A DNA stretch of 64,000 nucleotides, taken from Negaprion brevirostris. Its lineage: Eukaryota. Positions 11,492-24,882 of the stretch are shown here, one piece after another (the stretch's first letter is position 1; each line of letters starts with the position of its first letter). Below the pieces are notes generated by a model, which was not told where the DNA came from, did not search any database, and saw only the letters and a program-made list of their open reading frames with translations. Both the position numbers and the translations under genes were made by a program. The stretch lies in NCBI GenBank assembly GCA_030324005.1, contig JARDVH010000073.1, positions 81,719,158-81,783,157 of the forward strand, given 5' to 3'.

Positions 11492-12659
11492 ATATATAAA
11501 AAAAGCTAAGGTCTGAGATACTGAAGTTATAATCCAATGGAAAACATAAAATATCTGACCATGCAAAGGTCCGTTGGCTTGAGTGGGGTTTCCTAGTTTT
11601 GGGGCGAGCACAGGTGGAAAATCCCATCCTACATCTTCAACAGCACAAGCTAATGTTTTACCTCCATTTTCCTGATTGGAATCTGACCTAACTGTTCCTG
11701 CTCTCCTGGGATCCCAGGAGATAAACCTTTCGAAAAAAGGGAATGTTATGAAGACATATGTATCTCAAGTGATCACATCTCAAACTGCTATCAATCACTT
11801 CCACTTTGACAGGATGTGATGTTTTAGAGCCATGATCTGTATTCAGTCTACAACAGCAGATGGTAGGAGTCAGACATGTATACTTATCTTCCCAGTTAAC
11901 GTCATTTGTTTAGTCTTATCTTCAAATAATGAACTCACATATTGTTTCATCAGTCCTTGTCAGGTGATTGATACATTTATGTCAAAGAGAAAAATGTAAC
12001 AAATGTCTTTTTATGACTTATGAAATGCTCTGAGATGTTTCTTATTACATTAGGAATGCTATATAAACACAAGTTGTAATTCTATCTACTCACCCTGTGT
12101 AATGTATTTGTGCATAGTTTTCCTTTCGATTTTCTCTCTGATTGTTCCTGTTATTAGATCAGCATTGCATCAGTCTTGTGAAGAATAATATTCAAACTAT
12201 CAGTGGGAAGCGATGGAGCGAATAAACCTTGGTTATCTGCTGATAATATCTCCCACCAACATTGCGAATAGGATAATCCTCACCATTCCAGGCCAACGTT
12301 TGAACACAACGGGAGGAGTATTTATGTTTGTTCATGCCAGGATTTTCTGATCCTGCTGCAGTGAACAGAGATTTGGCTGAACATCAACTTCTCCGTTCTC
12401 GCTTACAGCGGCCGGGGAAATTCCGACCAACATTTTGCTTATTTTTTTGAAGATGTTAGGTTATACAAAAAGGCCTTGCAATTATGACATTTGAAGATTA
12501 ATGTTTGAATATTCTATGCATTTGCATGGAGTTTTTTGATATTCTATTTTAACCCTATGCTAAAATAACAGAGAAAGAATTTCCGATTAACATGTTAAAC
12601 ATTAAATTAATAGGTCTGAAAATGCAGTTGGCCAAGATAATCAAGAAATAAAAACTTCT

Positions 12660-12952
12660 CGAACCAGATAGTGCATATCTCACAATAAGGGGCACGACAT
12701 TTAGGACTAAGATGGGCATGAATTTCTTCACTCAGAGTGGTGACTCTTTGGAATTCTGTACTCCAGCGTATTGTGGGGGCTCAGTCATTGAATATGTTCA
12801 AGACAGAGATCAATAAATTTTAGATACTAATGATATCACAGGATATGGGGATAGCATGGGAAAGTAGTATTGCGATAGATGATGAGCCATGCTCTAGTTG
12901 AATCTAGTTGAATTGGTGGGCTGAATGGCCTCCTCCTATTCCCATGTCCCTA
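12660..12952 (+). mobile_element. CR1 3' end
   Basis: AATTTCTTCACTCAGAG..TGGAATTCT..TTCAAGACAGAGATCAATA..GGCTGAATGGCCTCCTCCT. Confidence 0.85.
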
Positions 12953-13954
12953 CTTAAATTGCTCTATTTTAAACAAACAAAGGAACAAGAGACAACCTTT
13001 TAACACTGAAACACGCTCTACTATTCAATTGAGTCATGGGTGATATATGATATCCCTGCCTTTTCCCCATATTCCTTAATTAGAGGACAGTTATACAGTT
13101 TAGATTTAAGTCCAAAGTATCTAATAACTTAATGTTATCCTTCCCTTTTTTCAGTTGGCTTTTTATTGAGGTACCATAGCTGGGATAAGTCAGATCGAAA
13201 TTAATAATTTGATTCAAGGTTACTTTTATGTGTATACTATATATAGTATATATATTTTGGAATCACGGTTTTAACAATATGCATCATTCACACTTGGCTG
13301 GTTGAATTTTGTTGGCAGGCTGTGGAGTATGGAAATAAAGAAGAAGCATTCAGGTTGCCCCAATATTAAGATGAGTAATACCATTTTGGTTTCGGAACTG
13401 GCACAAGAGATGAGAGAAGAGAGAGAGAGGAGAGGGTCCAGCACTCCCAGTTGGAAACATTAATTTTGGCTGATGTTACACAGGTGTATTTCCCACTCGG
13501 GAGAGGCATCAGAAGACAACTGCAGAACTGTACATTGGCAAATGATTGACACTTTCAGTGAGAGATAAAATTGTTGAGGAGGGACAAAAATACTGCTTTA
13601 GTTCAAAGGAAGTCAAAGGTGGATAGTTAAGCACCTTGTACATGGTATTAGAGTCATCCTTCAATCAGTGTTAGTTGAGCTGGTAATGTTTCATCATTTC
13701 AAACTGAATTATAGTTACCACATGCCTCCTGCTGGTCGGCACACCAAAGTGCACTAATGGAAGAATGCAGTTTGAAGTTTTCTCAAGAGCAAAAAAGAGA
13801 AAGGCTNNNNNNNNNNAAAATATTTACCACAAATGCTGCACATTTTGTGTTGCCATAATTGAATTTTCTTTCACAACAATCTAAGAACTGCATTTAAATT
13901 GAGCTGATAACATTCAAGTACGGAACTACTTCAAAGAATAAAAGGGGCAAAGAA

Positions 13955-14260
13955 GAAAGAAGCATGTAGTACAGGGACAGGCCCTTCGGCCCACCGAGCA
14001 TGTGCAGACACATGACACCTTTCAAAACTAAAGACCTTCTGCAGCCTGTATTCCTCTATTCCCTGCCTATTTATGCATCTGTCAAAATGCCTCACAAACA
14101 TTGCTATTGTGTCTGCTTCTGCTTCTACCATCTCCTCTGGCAGTGCATTCCAGGCACTTAACACCTGCTGTGTAAAAAAACTTGTCTCTGACATCTCCTT
14201 TAAACTTTTTCCCTTTTATCTTAACCTATGTCCCCTAGTAATTGACATTTCTGGTATTGG
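13955..14260 (-). mobile_element. CR1 3' end
   Basis: FFTQQVLSAWNALPEEMVEA..HFDRCINRQGIEEY; GGGCCGAAGGGCCTGT tail. Confidence 0.9.
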
Positions 14261-14519
14261 GTTACTTACCCCCCCACCCCCACCATCCCCCCACCACCAC
14301 CCAAGCCTCTGCAGTAAGGNNNNNNNNNNNNNNNNNNNNNNNNNNNNNNNNNNNNNNNNNNNNNNNNNNNNNNNNNNNNNNNNNNNNNNNNNNNNNNNNN
14401 NNNNNNNNNNNNNNNNNNNGTAAGGGAGTCCCAGTCAACATAAGGAATGTTAAAAATCACCCAGCACAACAACACTGTTGTTTTTACGTTTTTTTTCATA
14501 CTCTGCTCCTGTATCTCCC

Positions 14520-15035
14520 ACTGGCTGTTGGGAGGCCTGCCTTTAGTACAACCCCATCAAAGTGATTGCACTCTTTCTATTCCTGAACTCTAGCCATATG
14601 GCCTCGCTGGATGAGCACTCCAAGGTGCCCTACCTCAGTACAGATGTGATATTCTCCCCAAACAGTAACACAACTTCCCCACCTCTTTTACATTCCTCTC
14701 TACCATGTTGGAAACATCTAAATCATGGGATGTTAAGTTTCCAGCCTTATCCCTCTCTCAACCAAGTCTCTGCAACATACTGATATATAATAATCTAAGC
14801 TTTAAGATCTTCTGCCTTACCAGTCATACTCCTCGCATTAAAACAAATACACTTCAGGCCTCCAGTCCGGCTATGTTCAGTAACCTCTCTTGTGTTAGAC
14901 TAGCCTTAGTCTGAAACTCCTCCCTGGTCATTTCACTTACTGACCTATGGCTCTGGTTCCCACCTCCCTGCCACACTAGTTTAAACCCGCCAGAGTGATA
15001 CTATCAAACCTTCCTGCCAGAATATTGGTGCACCT
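14520..15035 (-). mobile_element. decayed CR1 ORF1/ORF2 junction and endonuclease region
   Basis: Reverse strand GGTTTAAACTAGTGTGGCAGGG (typical CR1 ORF1 end), then ETWLREG and EAIWLE motifs. Confidence 0.75.
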
Positions 15036-15649
15036 CCGGTGTAGTCACACAGTACTGAAGTATTGTAGAGTGAAGCCAACTCTAAAATTAGATAATTTAA
15101 GTGTTGCACTGTGCAACCTTTTCATTTCTTATATTAAAAATGAAATAATCCCCCTCAATAACCAGGTTTATGTGAAAAAGCACAGCTGGGAGGGTGGAGG
15201 TAAGAAAAGCTGCCCAAATGTCTCTGTCATTAAAAGCTAGGCCACAAATACAAAAGAAGATTATAAAGAGTAATTTGATGCAGAAGTCCTCACAAGAGAT
15301 TTAGATTGCACAAGAAAATAATCACAATTTAAGTCATATCTGATGCAGGATTGCACCTCATTTGGAATATTTGTGTGAATTTTATGGGGCCTCAGGCCAC
15401 TTGGATCCTTTTAGAAACTCACCTTTGGAAGAATATTGGTTTTAGACAAAGGTTGGCAAATCGTTTTGAGTATGGTACTGCTTCCAAGAGCGAGGGAGGA
15501 GTAACAGGGCCAAGTAGGTGTGTGCTTTAAAAGCTAGTATTCATCTTTGACATATCTTCAATATAACAGCAGCAAAACACTCACAAATAAATTGTGCCAG
15601 TCTATAAGTAGCTTACCTGTATTTAAAAGACTTAAAAAGGGATAAGTTT

Positions 15650-16070
15650 ATCTCCCAATGGCTTAGTCATGGGCAAATCGCTGCATTTTGGAGTAGTGAG
15701 CTACAAAAACACTGAAGGTGCCAGATTTGATCCCCAATCTATTCTGAGATAGCTGATTTCCAATAGGATTAGTTGGGGAGTTATAATCGCCTTCAGTTCT
15801 CCTGGGCTAGGAGAGGTAAAAAATCAACTGGGATTCCTACTTTAGCAACCCTTTGCGGAAAATATGTATGTAGATATTGGGTGAGCAAAGAAGAAACTAG
15901 GTTGCCCTCCCTCCCCACATGACTAAACTGCAGACGCTCAAGGGATGATATCCTCACTTGCTCACCGAGCAGAAAGCAGATGGGGAGGTAGTGACAATCA
16001 CTCTGTGACACTCATCCTCTCACACTATTGTTCAGCACAAGTATTCAGGATTACAACACCGTGATGGGTA
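15650..16070 (+). mobile_element. ancient tRNA-derived SINE (family not named)
   Basis: TTTGATCCCC..CTGAGATAGCTGAT..CCTGGGCTAGGAGAGG..AAATCAACTGGGATTCC; a diverged reverse copy lies at ~37620-37880. Confidence 0.55.
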
Positions 16071-16164
16071 GCTGGAGTTAAAACACAGATCAACATGATC
16101 GAATGAAATGCATGAACATTCAATATTTGAACTCCCTCTGTAACAGCCCTGTGAGCTGCAGTTG

Positions 16165-16270
16165 TTTAAGAAGGCAGCTCGCCATTACCTTCTCAAGGGC
16201 AATTAAAGATGAGCAATAAATGCTGATCTAGACAGCAATGTCCACATCCCATAAGTGAATTTTTAAAAAT
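16165..16270 (+). mobile_element. LINE/SINE 3' tail fragment
   Basis: CCTTCTCAAGGGCAATTAAAGATGAGCAATAAATGCTG..CCACATCCC..GAAT, a common elasmobranch repeat tail. Confidence 0.6.
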
Positions 16271-16699
16271 GCTCGAGGTGCAAAATGGCCAACTGATGTC
16301 CCAATGAACCCTTCTCCAATACTACAACCCTCCAATAACCCTAAATTCCTTCAATTCGAAGCTGCTGTACATCCTATCATTTTCTTCACACCACCATTGT
16401 GCCTTCAACTGGCAAGACTCCAAGTCTTGGAATTTCTCCCCTAAACTTATCTGCTTCTCTATTTCAGTTGCTTTAATCTACCTGTTACAATACCCCAGAA
16501 GTCTCCAGATTGGCAGAGCCCATATATATGACCCAAAATGTGTGCTAGGACCCTGAAGAAGTCCTGACGTGTTGACTGTGTTAGAATCAAAGACTTCAAA
16601 CAGTCCAAAGGAATTTATCTGAATAGTATCCAAGAGATATAGACAGAAAAATCCTTGTGTAACTCCGAGGTAATTACAGAACTGACTCCCTAGTTACAC

Positions 16700-17232
16700 A
16701 CACTGACTCCTGACATCCCCCCAGCACCGACTGAAACCAACTATCCCCTGACCCAACACAGCTGACCATCTAACTACCCCCACAACTCAATTATCCCTGA
16801 CCCAACCTGACTAATCCCAGACCCAACTGCTTCTCCTGACCTGAACCGACTATGCCAACCACCTACCCACCTCATCTGCCTGGCATACTACTCACCTACA
16901 ATCCTATATACTTGCTACTTCATCAACAAGCATTCCTGCCCACCTGCCACCTCCCTCACCTCTCATTTCACCAACCAGCCACCCTACCCACATGCTACTG
17001 TACCCACCTACCACCCAGGCACTTGCCACCTTATCCTCCTGCCCCTACCCACCTGCCACCTCACCCACCCAGCACCTCATTCACCTGACAATGAACACAC
17101 CCTATCACCCTGCTTAACTGAGACCCTATCTACCTGCCACCTTGCCCATCTATCACACTACCCATCTACCACCTCGCCACCTGCTACCTACTTATTACCT
17201 CAGCCACCCTGCCCACATATCCAGTCACCTTG
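16700..17232. repeat. C-rich degenerate tandem repeat (CCACCTG/CCCACC units)
   Basis: Strongly C/A-skewed run of short imperfect units; explains the Pro/His-rich ORF 16852-17088. Confidence 0.8.
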
Positions 17233-17885
17233 TTAACATTCACATTGGATGGTTAAATTTACCTGACTGTCGCTAGCATTGCAAAAAGGTGATATGGCTA
17301 GCCTTCTCCTGAATGCTTTGGCACTGTTGGAGTTTCTTGTGGGAGTGTATACTATGCAGAAAAATTTGGTAAAGTCGGGTGTGATGTGAGTAGTGTGACC
17401 TGCGTCTGTTTCCATGCCAGTNNNNNNNNNNNNNNNNNNNNNNNNNNNNNNNNNNNNNNNNNNNNNNNNNNNNNNNNNNNNNNNNNNNNNNNNNNNNNNN
17501 NNNNNNNNNNNNNNNNNNNNNNNNNNNNNNNNNNNNNNNNNNNNNNNNNNNNNNNNNNNNNNNNNNNNNNNNNNNNNNNNNNNNNNNNNNNNNNNNNNNN
17601 NNNNNNNNNNNNNNNNNNNNNNNNNNNNNNNNNNNNNNNNNNNNNNNNNNNNNNNNNNNNNNNNNNNNNNNNNNNNNNNNNNNNNNNNNNNNNNNNNNNN
17701 NNNNNNNNNNNNNNNNNNNNNNNNNNNNNNNNNNNNNNNNNNNNNNNNNNNNNNNNNNNNNNNNNNNNNNNNNNNNNNNNNNNNNNNNNNNNNNNNNNNN
17801 NNNNNNNNNNNNNNNNNNNNNNNNNNNNNNNNNNNNNNNNNNNNNNNNNNNNNNNNNNNNNNNNNNNNNNNNNNNNNNNNNNNNN

Positions 17886-18560
17886 ATGTGCAGGGGGCTG
17901 TAGACTGCATCTTTGTCGCCAGTCAGGAATCCACGAAGATTCGTTAATAAAAAGAGATTCCACTCCCTGTGCAGTTGATTTGTGACCACAAGATGAACAT
18001 CATGCATGTCTGCGCCAGACACCCCGGCAGCATGTATGACAGTATTATTCTGAGGAGCTCAGACATACTGAGGCTTTTGAGGAGGATCATAGGTGCAGGG
18101 ACGGATCATGGTGACATGGGGTACACAGTTCGAACTTGGCTGATTACGTCCGTGCAAAGGCCTGAGGCTGATGCGGAGACCTGGTATAATGAGGCCCACC
18201 CGCTCTGTAGTGGAGAGGTGCATCGGGCTCCTCAAAATGCAGTTCAGGTACCTGGACTGCTCTGGCATGGCCCTACAATAGAGCCCCCTGATATTGTCCC
18301 ACATTGTCGTGGAGTGCTGTGCGCTACACAAACTGGTAGATCAGAGAGGAGGCCTATTGGAGGAGACAGAGGATGTGGAGGCTGACCAGCTGAGAGTCGC
18401 TGGGGAGGAGACTGCCCAGCAGGAGGAAGAGGAAGAAGAGGAGGAAGCGGAGGAGGACCATGCCAAGCAACACCACCCAGTCGTTGGAGGGCTAGCAGCA
18501 AGAATCAGGCTTGCAAAGGTGGCAGGAGAGGCCCTGATCACTAGGCACTTTGCTTACTAA
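17886..18560 (+). pseudogene. HARBI1-like DDE transposase (frameshifted)
   Basis: VQGAVDC; QLICDHKMNIMHVCARHPGSMYDSIILRSS; GDMGY..WLITSV..PEADAETWYNEAH; VERCIGLLKMQFRYLD; IVVECCALHKL followed by an acidic tail. Confidence 0.9.
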
Positions 18561-19149
18561 GGGCCTGCCTTCCTGCACATAGATTCCATATCCCTCCTCC
18601 CCAAAGTTATACTATCTCCTGCGACACTGTAATACCAGGGTGATGGGCCTGGATACGCTGTGCTAGCAAGTATTTTTGGCAGACAGGAGGGTGATGATGA
18701 CTCGCTAAGCAGCATTATGATGGTGCCCTGGTGCAAACTAGTCTGACTCCTACCTGAGCTCCACGTGCACGCTGGTATCTGAGCCCATGTCTGTGTGGTG
18801 GGTAAGGGATCTGTGAACCCCCAAAAAAAGGTCCTGGGACATGTGGGGTGTGGGAGGTGGCGGAATCGCTTGTGGATTCTGGGGAACCAATGGCTTCCTT
18901 TTTCACTGACACAGCATTGAGGGGCCTCCCCAACTGCCATCAACATGAAGCATCGCCCCAGCGATGGTCAATGGAAGAGGATTCCTATTCAAGACAAATT
19001 AGTTTCAGGTGGGTGGTGAAAAAACATTTATCGTTTACAATGAAAGTGTCAAAATAATAAGTGCTAACATAAAAACATGTGAATAGAAAATGTTAGGGTG
19101 CTTAAAAACCTATCAAATTAGTGTAGCCCTTCACCCCTGCCATCTTAGT

Positions 19150-21530
19150 ACAACTACGACTTCCTAACCATACGTGGTCTCCCACTACATCTCAGTGACT
19201 CCCCAGAATATACATCAGAGATGGAGAGAGCCAGCTGTCTACCTCGTCTCATGGCCTGTGATGCACATGGCGGGCATCCTCTGGAGGCCCTAGACCTTGA
19301 GGGCCCGACCAGCTTCCAGGTATCTATGATGTTTCCATGACGCCCTCTTCAACCTGCTGCCCCCGAGATGCCCCGGTGTCAGGAAGGGGGGAGTCAGAAG
19401 TTGTAGCCACAGCCACAATCTCCTGCCTGAAAAACTCCGGCACAGGCTAGAGCCCTTCCTCCTCCCCTGGGGTTCCTGTGGGCCCCTGGGTCACTCCAAG
19501 GAACGGTGGTGCTTCTACAGTGNNNNNNNNNNNNNNNNNNNNNNNNNNNNNNNNNNNNNNNNNNNNNNNNNNNNNNNNNNNNNNNNNNNNNNNNNNNNNN
19601 NNNNNNNNNNNNNNNNNNNNNNCAGAAGCTCCAGCATTACCTGGCCCTGCCAATCCTGGAGGACCACCAGCATTCTACCCATGGTGGTCGAGCCCTCTGC
19701 GATGGCTACCTGAGTCGGGGGCCACCTGTCAATGGCCGCAGCAAGTGCCTTCTGTGACCAGGCATGTTCCCAAGGGCTGCTGCCATAGCTCGTTGTGTCT
19801 CTCAGCGCTGTTCCACTGGTCTCCTGCAAGCTCACGAGCCTCTCAGCCATGAGCTGCAGAACCTCAAGAAGCCTGTCCAGTCCCTTAGCTATAGCCCGTT
19901 GTGACTCAGCTGCGGCCCTCTGGGGCTCTGCTGTGCCCTGCTGTGACTCGGCCATCTCTTGGAGCCTGCCATTCGTGGTGAGGATCCCTTGCCTCAAGCT
20001 TTCCACAGTGGATGCCACTCTTGCAGTGTTGGCCTGGGAACCATGCAAGACGGGCAATAGCTGGTCCACCTAAAAGCTTTGGCACACTTCCTAACAGTCT
20101 CACAGTCAGTCCAGTGTGGTCATCAGCCCCTCCTGCATTCCCTGGCTTTGTTGCTGCATCTCCAGCAGCTGAGGTGGAAGTGATTTCAGAGGCCCAGCAT
20201 GTGGCCCAAGGCCAGCTGAGTCGTCACCTCCAGCAGGTCCCTCATGCCAGAGGCCTTGGGCGTTCCCTCCTCCACCTGATATACAGTATCAGATGGTTTG
20301 AGGTGACCCAGAAGCCTCACCACTAACTGGACCCATCAATGTGATATTATCTCGGATGGTGAGTTGTGAGGTGGAAGCTGACGCAAAAAAGGTGCCACCC
20401 TTGGAGTTCCCTTCACCTGCTTCCTCTGAGGAATTTTTGGAGCTATCAGTCTCAGGATGAGCGAGAGCTGCACTGGCGGCCTCAAGTCCAGGTGGCACAG
20501 TTGCATCTGGACCTCTTCTTACAGTAGAGGACAAAAGGTTAAGTGCAAGGGAGGGAGGGGAATCTAGGATGCCAGAAAGTGGCTTGACATTTCCCCATTG
20601 AACATAGAACAAAGCACAAATAAGATTACATCACCGGAACAGGCCCTTTGGCCTTCCAAGCCTGTAGCAGAAATGCTGCCCATCTGAAATGTAAACCCCT
20701 ACTTTTCCAGGGACTATGCCTCTATTCCCATCTTATTCATGTATCTGTCAAGATGCCCCTTAAGAATCACAATTGTATCTGCTTCCACAACCTCCTCCAG
20801 CAGCGTATTCCAGGCACCCACTACCTTCTGTGCAAATAAACATACCTTGTACATCTCCTTTAAACCTTGTCCCTTGCACCTGAGATTCATGCCCCTGAAA
20901 GGTTGCCTTAAAGTGAGTGGAGGAATGTGCTCACGTCTTGACTGCAGCCCAACCATGCTGTCACCGACAGCCTGCATCTCCCCTTCTCTTGACAGCTCCA
21001 GCACCCACTCCTCAAAGGGGGTGAGGACCTGGAGGCCAGGCTCACCACCCCATGTCTTCACCCTCTCGTGAGTATTATTGGTGGTCTTCTCCTATGGGGA
21101 CAGAAGGAGCCATGAAAGAAATGATGACATGACTCCTGCAGGTGGTGGCCCTCAGAGGGCAAGCACAGTGATACTCTTCGGGGGGGAGGAGGAAGGAGAT
21201 GACGGGGAGGGTCAGGGACTGGAAGCATGCAGGACGCTGGGGATGGGGGGGACGTCTGGGCTGAGTTGGGGGAAGATGCTAGATGGGGTTAAGCATTTAG
21301 CCTTGCTACCCGGATGAGGTCATTGACCTTTATGCAGCACTACTTCCCTGTTTTGGGGGCCAATGCCAGGTCACGAGACAAGGTGGCAACTGCCTCCCAG
21401 GCCACTTTGCTATCACTTCCCCTGGTCTGCGTCCTGCTGGGGGGAAGAGGGTACCCTCTCTTGCCTCTGCAGCAATCAGCAACCTGCTGAGGTCACACTG
21501 TGTGAAACTGGGCCCTGGTTCATTTCTCCC
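19150..21530 (-). pseudogene. Harbinger Myb/SANT-like DNA-binding protein (intron-containing, decayed)
   Basis: Exon 1 PSFTQCDLSRLL..EAREGTLFP..AWEAVA..KVNDLIR (~21310-21510); exon 2 HERVKTWGGEPGLQVLTPFEEWVLEL (~20940-21090); coiled-coil segment 19515-20069. Confidence 0.8.
20600..20900 (-). mobile_element. CR1 3' end inserted in the Harbinger Myb gene
   Basis: FAQKVVGAWNTLLEEVVEADTIVILKGHLDRYMNKMGIE plus GGCCAAAGGGCCTGTTCC tail. Confidence 0.9.
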
Positions 21531-24500
21531 TGCGCTGCCTGCCTATCTGTCCATTCTTAGGGTTTTTATGGAGCTGTCTGTCATTAGGGCAGGTCAGCTA
21601 CTGGCAGTTTGGGAGAGTGTTCCAGCAAATTAAATGCAGTTTGCTTTTTAGCATTGAGGGGATTGGGTGGCAGAGCTGCCACTCTGCCTGCGATCGGTGG
21701 GGGTGGGGGGTGGGGTAGAGGAGGGGGGCATGATCCGTCTGGGTAACGGGGTGGTCAGGAAAATAAAGGGTTCAGTAATGTCCATGGGGGCCAGAGGGAG
21801 GCATTATCTGGCATGGGAGGGCTGTGGCAGGGGAGCAACATTATTTTTTTGTGCATGTGCAGTTGGAGGCTCTGATCAGAGCTGCAGGGTTTCAGGCATA
21901 GTAAGCTTCACCCAAAGACTTCTGCAGCGAAAATTGGACCTACTCAAAATTTTGCAGGCAGAGTGCATCTGGGAGAGCCTGAAAACTGGCCCAGAAGACA
22001 GACCTGAAACTCCCCCCGTTTCAGTCCACCTGACACTTAGATAACAAATGGTAAAATACTCTGAAGGCTCAAAAGACATGGCCAGAAAAGTACAGCATCA
22101 CTGAGACATTGAAAAGTTTGAACAGAATGGAAATCTGATGATGCTTGCCACTTCATGGAAGATTCAGACCTCATGTTCTCATTTAGTTTAGTGTCAATTA
22201 CTGTCTGATTAAGTTTCCATTAAGCCTTGGCACAGCTTACCACAATAAAGACACTATATAAATACTAATTGCTGTGGTGACTTTGCCACCAGGTCCATCT
22301 GGAAGATGGGTTTGTCCACTTTTTGACTTTCTGTGAGGGGGTTAGGAGGACCAAGCATGCTGTTCTAGACTCTGCCTCCCTGGTGACCCAATCGCCTGCC
22401 AATCAACTGAGCTGAGTCTCAGAGACTGTTCCTTCACTCCTCATCAGTAGTCGTTGGTTGTACAGCTGCCAGCCAGCAGCCCTTCCCCACTTTCCTCACA
22501 GCTTAGGCAGAGAAACTGGTTGGGGGTCTGCAGATGAAGCTCAGGACTTGAAATTATTTTAAGTCTAATGCTGTCAATGACAGGGAGATTTGCCGACAAA
22601 CTTCAGTGGAGTGGAACATTAGGGACTTGTTCAGCAGGTGAACAAGCTGATATCTTTTGTTTTGAAATGACTCCCAGTGTTTGCCTAAAGCATTTACAGT
22701 TAATACTATGCACCACTACCAATAGCCTCACTGAAGCTGATTATCTTAGCACCAATTAAAAATTTAACCTTCTTATTCTCTCTCTATGGATCAGCTGTAC
22801 CATGGATAAAATTACTCCAATTTGTACTGTCTTTTCCTGTTTAATTGGTCTGGATTTTGTAGCCAGTGATTAAGTGATGCAATCATCGAGCGTCCAACAA
22901 CAATGATGTTTCTCAACAGAATAAGGAATGAACCACATTGAAGGATTCTCACACACAGCAAACCAGGACATTACAGATACTGATTATCCTCCACTTTTTA
23001 ATACCATTTTGCATAAAGTGAATAAACATTTTGACATGTATATGGGGTAGAAACTTAAATATCATAAACAAACTTTTAAAAAATATTTAAAACAGAAACC
23101 TTTTTTAACTGTAATTGAAAATCTTGACATTCAAAATAGAACTGATTTTCAGAGCCAGAGTGGTTGTTCATGAGTAATCCAACACTTGGTATGCAGTCAA
23201 AAATCTAGTTACACCGCATTCAACAACATATAACCTTTCCAATGAGATGAACAGTGAAAGAGTGGACGTTCTCATTAATCCAGTGAATTCAAACATCTCT
23301 CGGTGAGGACACCAACAGGCCACCATATGGAGAAGCGTGAAACCACTAACGGCAACTTTTGGATTTCCACATTTCCATATTGCTGTCACTTCTGAGGCGT
23401 ACTGATGAAAAACACGGGACATTACAGCCTTGCTCAGGCGAGGCTGGAAATTCCCACCCGAGGTCAATGGAAATTTTCATTGTCGGAACCTTGTCTGTGC
23501 CAATTCTGTGGCAGGTGAAGTGGTAGAGATCCGGCCAGTGAGTTTTGGTGTCATTACTACGCCAACATCTGGGCCAATGTATTCTGTGGGGAATCCAGTT
23601 CTCTACAAACAAAACAAAAAAAAGCAGACAAAGATTACACAAGCCAAATGTAGCAATTAATTTATCTGCACTCACAGTTTTATGGGTAGAAGCGAAGAAT
23701 GTTTCACTCCAACAGTATTTTATTTTCCACATTTTGGTTGTTTTGGCTTGCTTAGCTGAAAGATCAGCCCATTTATAAAGTCATAAATTGCAAGCATGAG
23801 TTTCAGAATCAATTATTTGCATCTTTACTAAACAAGAAGATTCTCACAGGAAAATTTGTCGTGCCTCAGAAGGATCAATTGTATAATAAAATTCAATCTA
23901 TTCTTACACAGCTTTAGTTGCCATAGATACGGAGTGGACATGTCCTTTGAGATTTTCTTTTAAGTGAACTAGTTGCTATAATGAAGTAACAGTAAGATAA
24001 CCATCATTTTTCAACTTTAAATCTGGACTGAACAGCCCGATTAGAGACAGAACAGAAAGTGGAATCACAATTTGAGTTACATTGCTTGCATTTCTAGAGA
24101 TCATAATCATTAAAAAACCTTTTGAACTCCAATAATTAATGTTTGCACATTATCAGATACAAATATAAGCGGACAAATGGACTTTTAGTAATCTCTAGAT
24201 CATCCAGATGGGTAACAGAACTTTGCAATGAGTATTGGGCCTTACATTAAATGAAATGAATACTGCTCTTATGATGATATTAACTCATTTAAGATGGTGT
24301 CAGTGCCTTCACCCCATTAACTGAGTAGAATGCTTATTCAGAATATTCACAATATAATGTTTAAATAAAAAATTTAAGAGCCCAGAATGAAAAACATTAA
24401 TGCTATGGCTGGGATTTTCCTGTTCCCCCATAGTGAGTATCACTGTAGGCAGGATGGAAAATTTGACAATCGAGTCAAAGGTCCATTGACTTTGGACAGG

Positions 24501-24596
24501 AATTTATCATCTTGCAGCCTATCTCTGCTGGTATGTTCATTCTATGTGTTCTTCATTTTGTTGTACTGTTTGGACAGCCAATATACTTACAAAAAA

Positions 24597-24882
24597 CGGT
24601 GGCACAGTGGTTAGCATTGTTGCCTCACAGCGTTTAATTCCTGGCTTGTGTCACTGTCTGTGCAGAGTCTGCACATTCTCCCCATGTCTGCATGGGTTTC
24701 CTCTGGCTGCTCCAGTTTCCTCCCATATTCCGAAAGATGTGCTGGTTAGTGCATTGACAATGCTAAATTCTCCCTTAGTGCACCCAAACAGGCGCCAGAG
24801 TGTGGTGACTAGGGGATTTTCACAGTAACTTTATTGCAGTGTTAATGCAAGCCTACTTGTGCCACCAATAAATAAACTTTAA
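24597..24882 (+). mobile_element. HE1/V-type SINE with Rex1-like tail
   Basis: CGGTGGCACAGTGGTTAGC head; tail GGGGATTTTCACAGTAAC..AATAAATAAACTTT. Confidence 0.9.

Larger units (their letters stand above)
17886..22070. mobile_element. decayed autonomous-type PIF/Harbinger transposon (convergent nuclease and Myb/SANT genes)
   Basis: Plus-strand HARBI1-like nuclease and minus-strand Myb/SANT ORF in convergent arrangement; left end hidden in the gap. Confidence 0.85.

Noticed and set aside
16852-17088. Pro/His-rich ORF
   Set aside because: Translation of a C-rich low-complexity repeat
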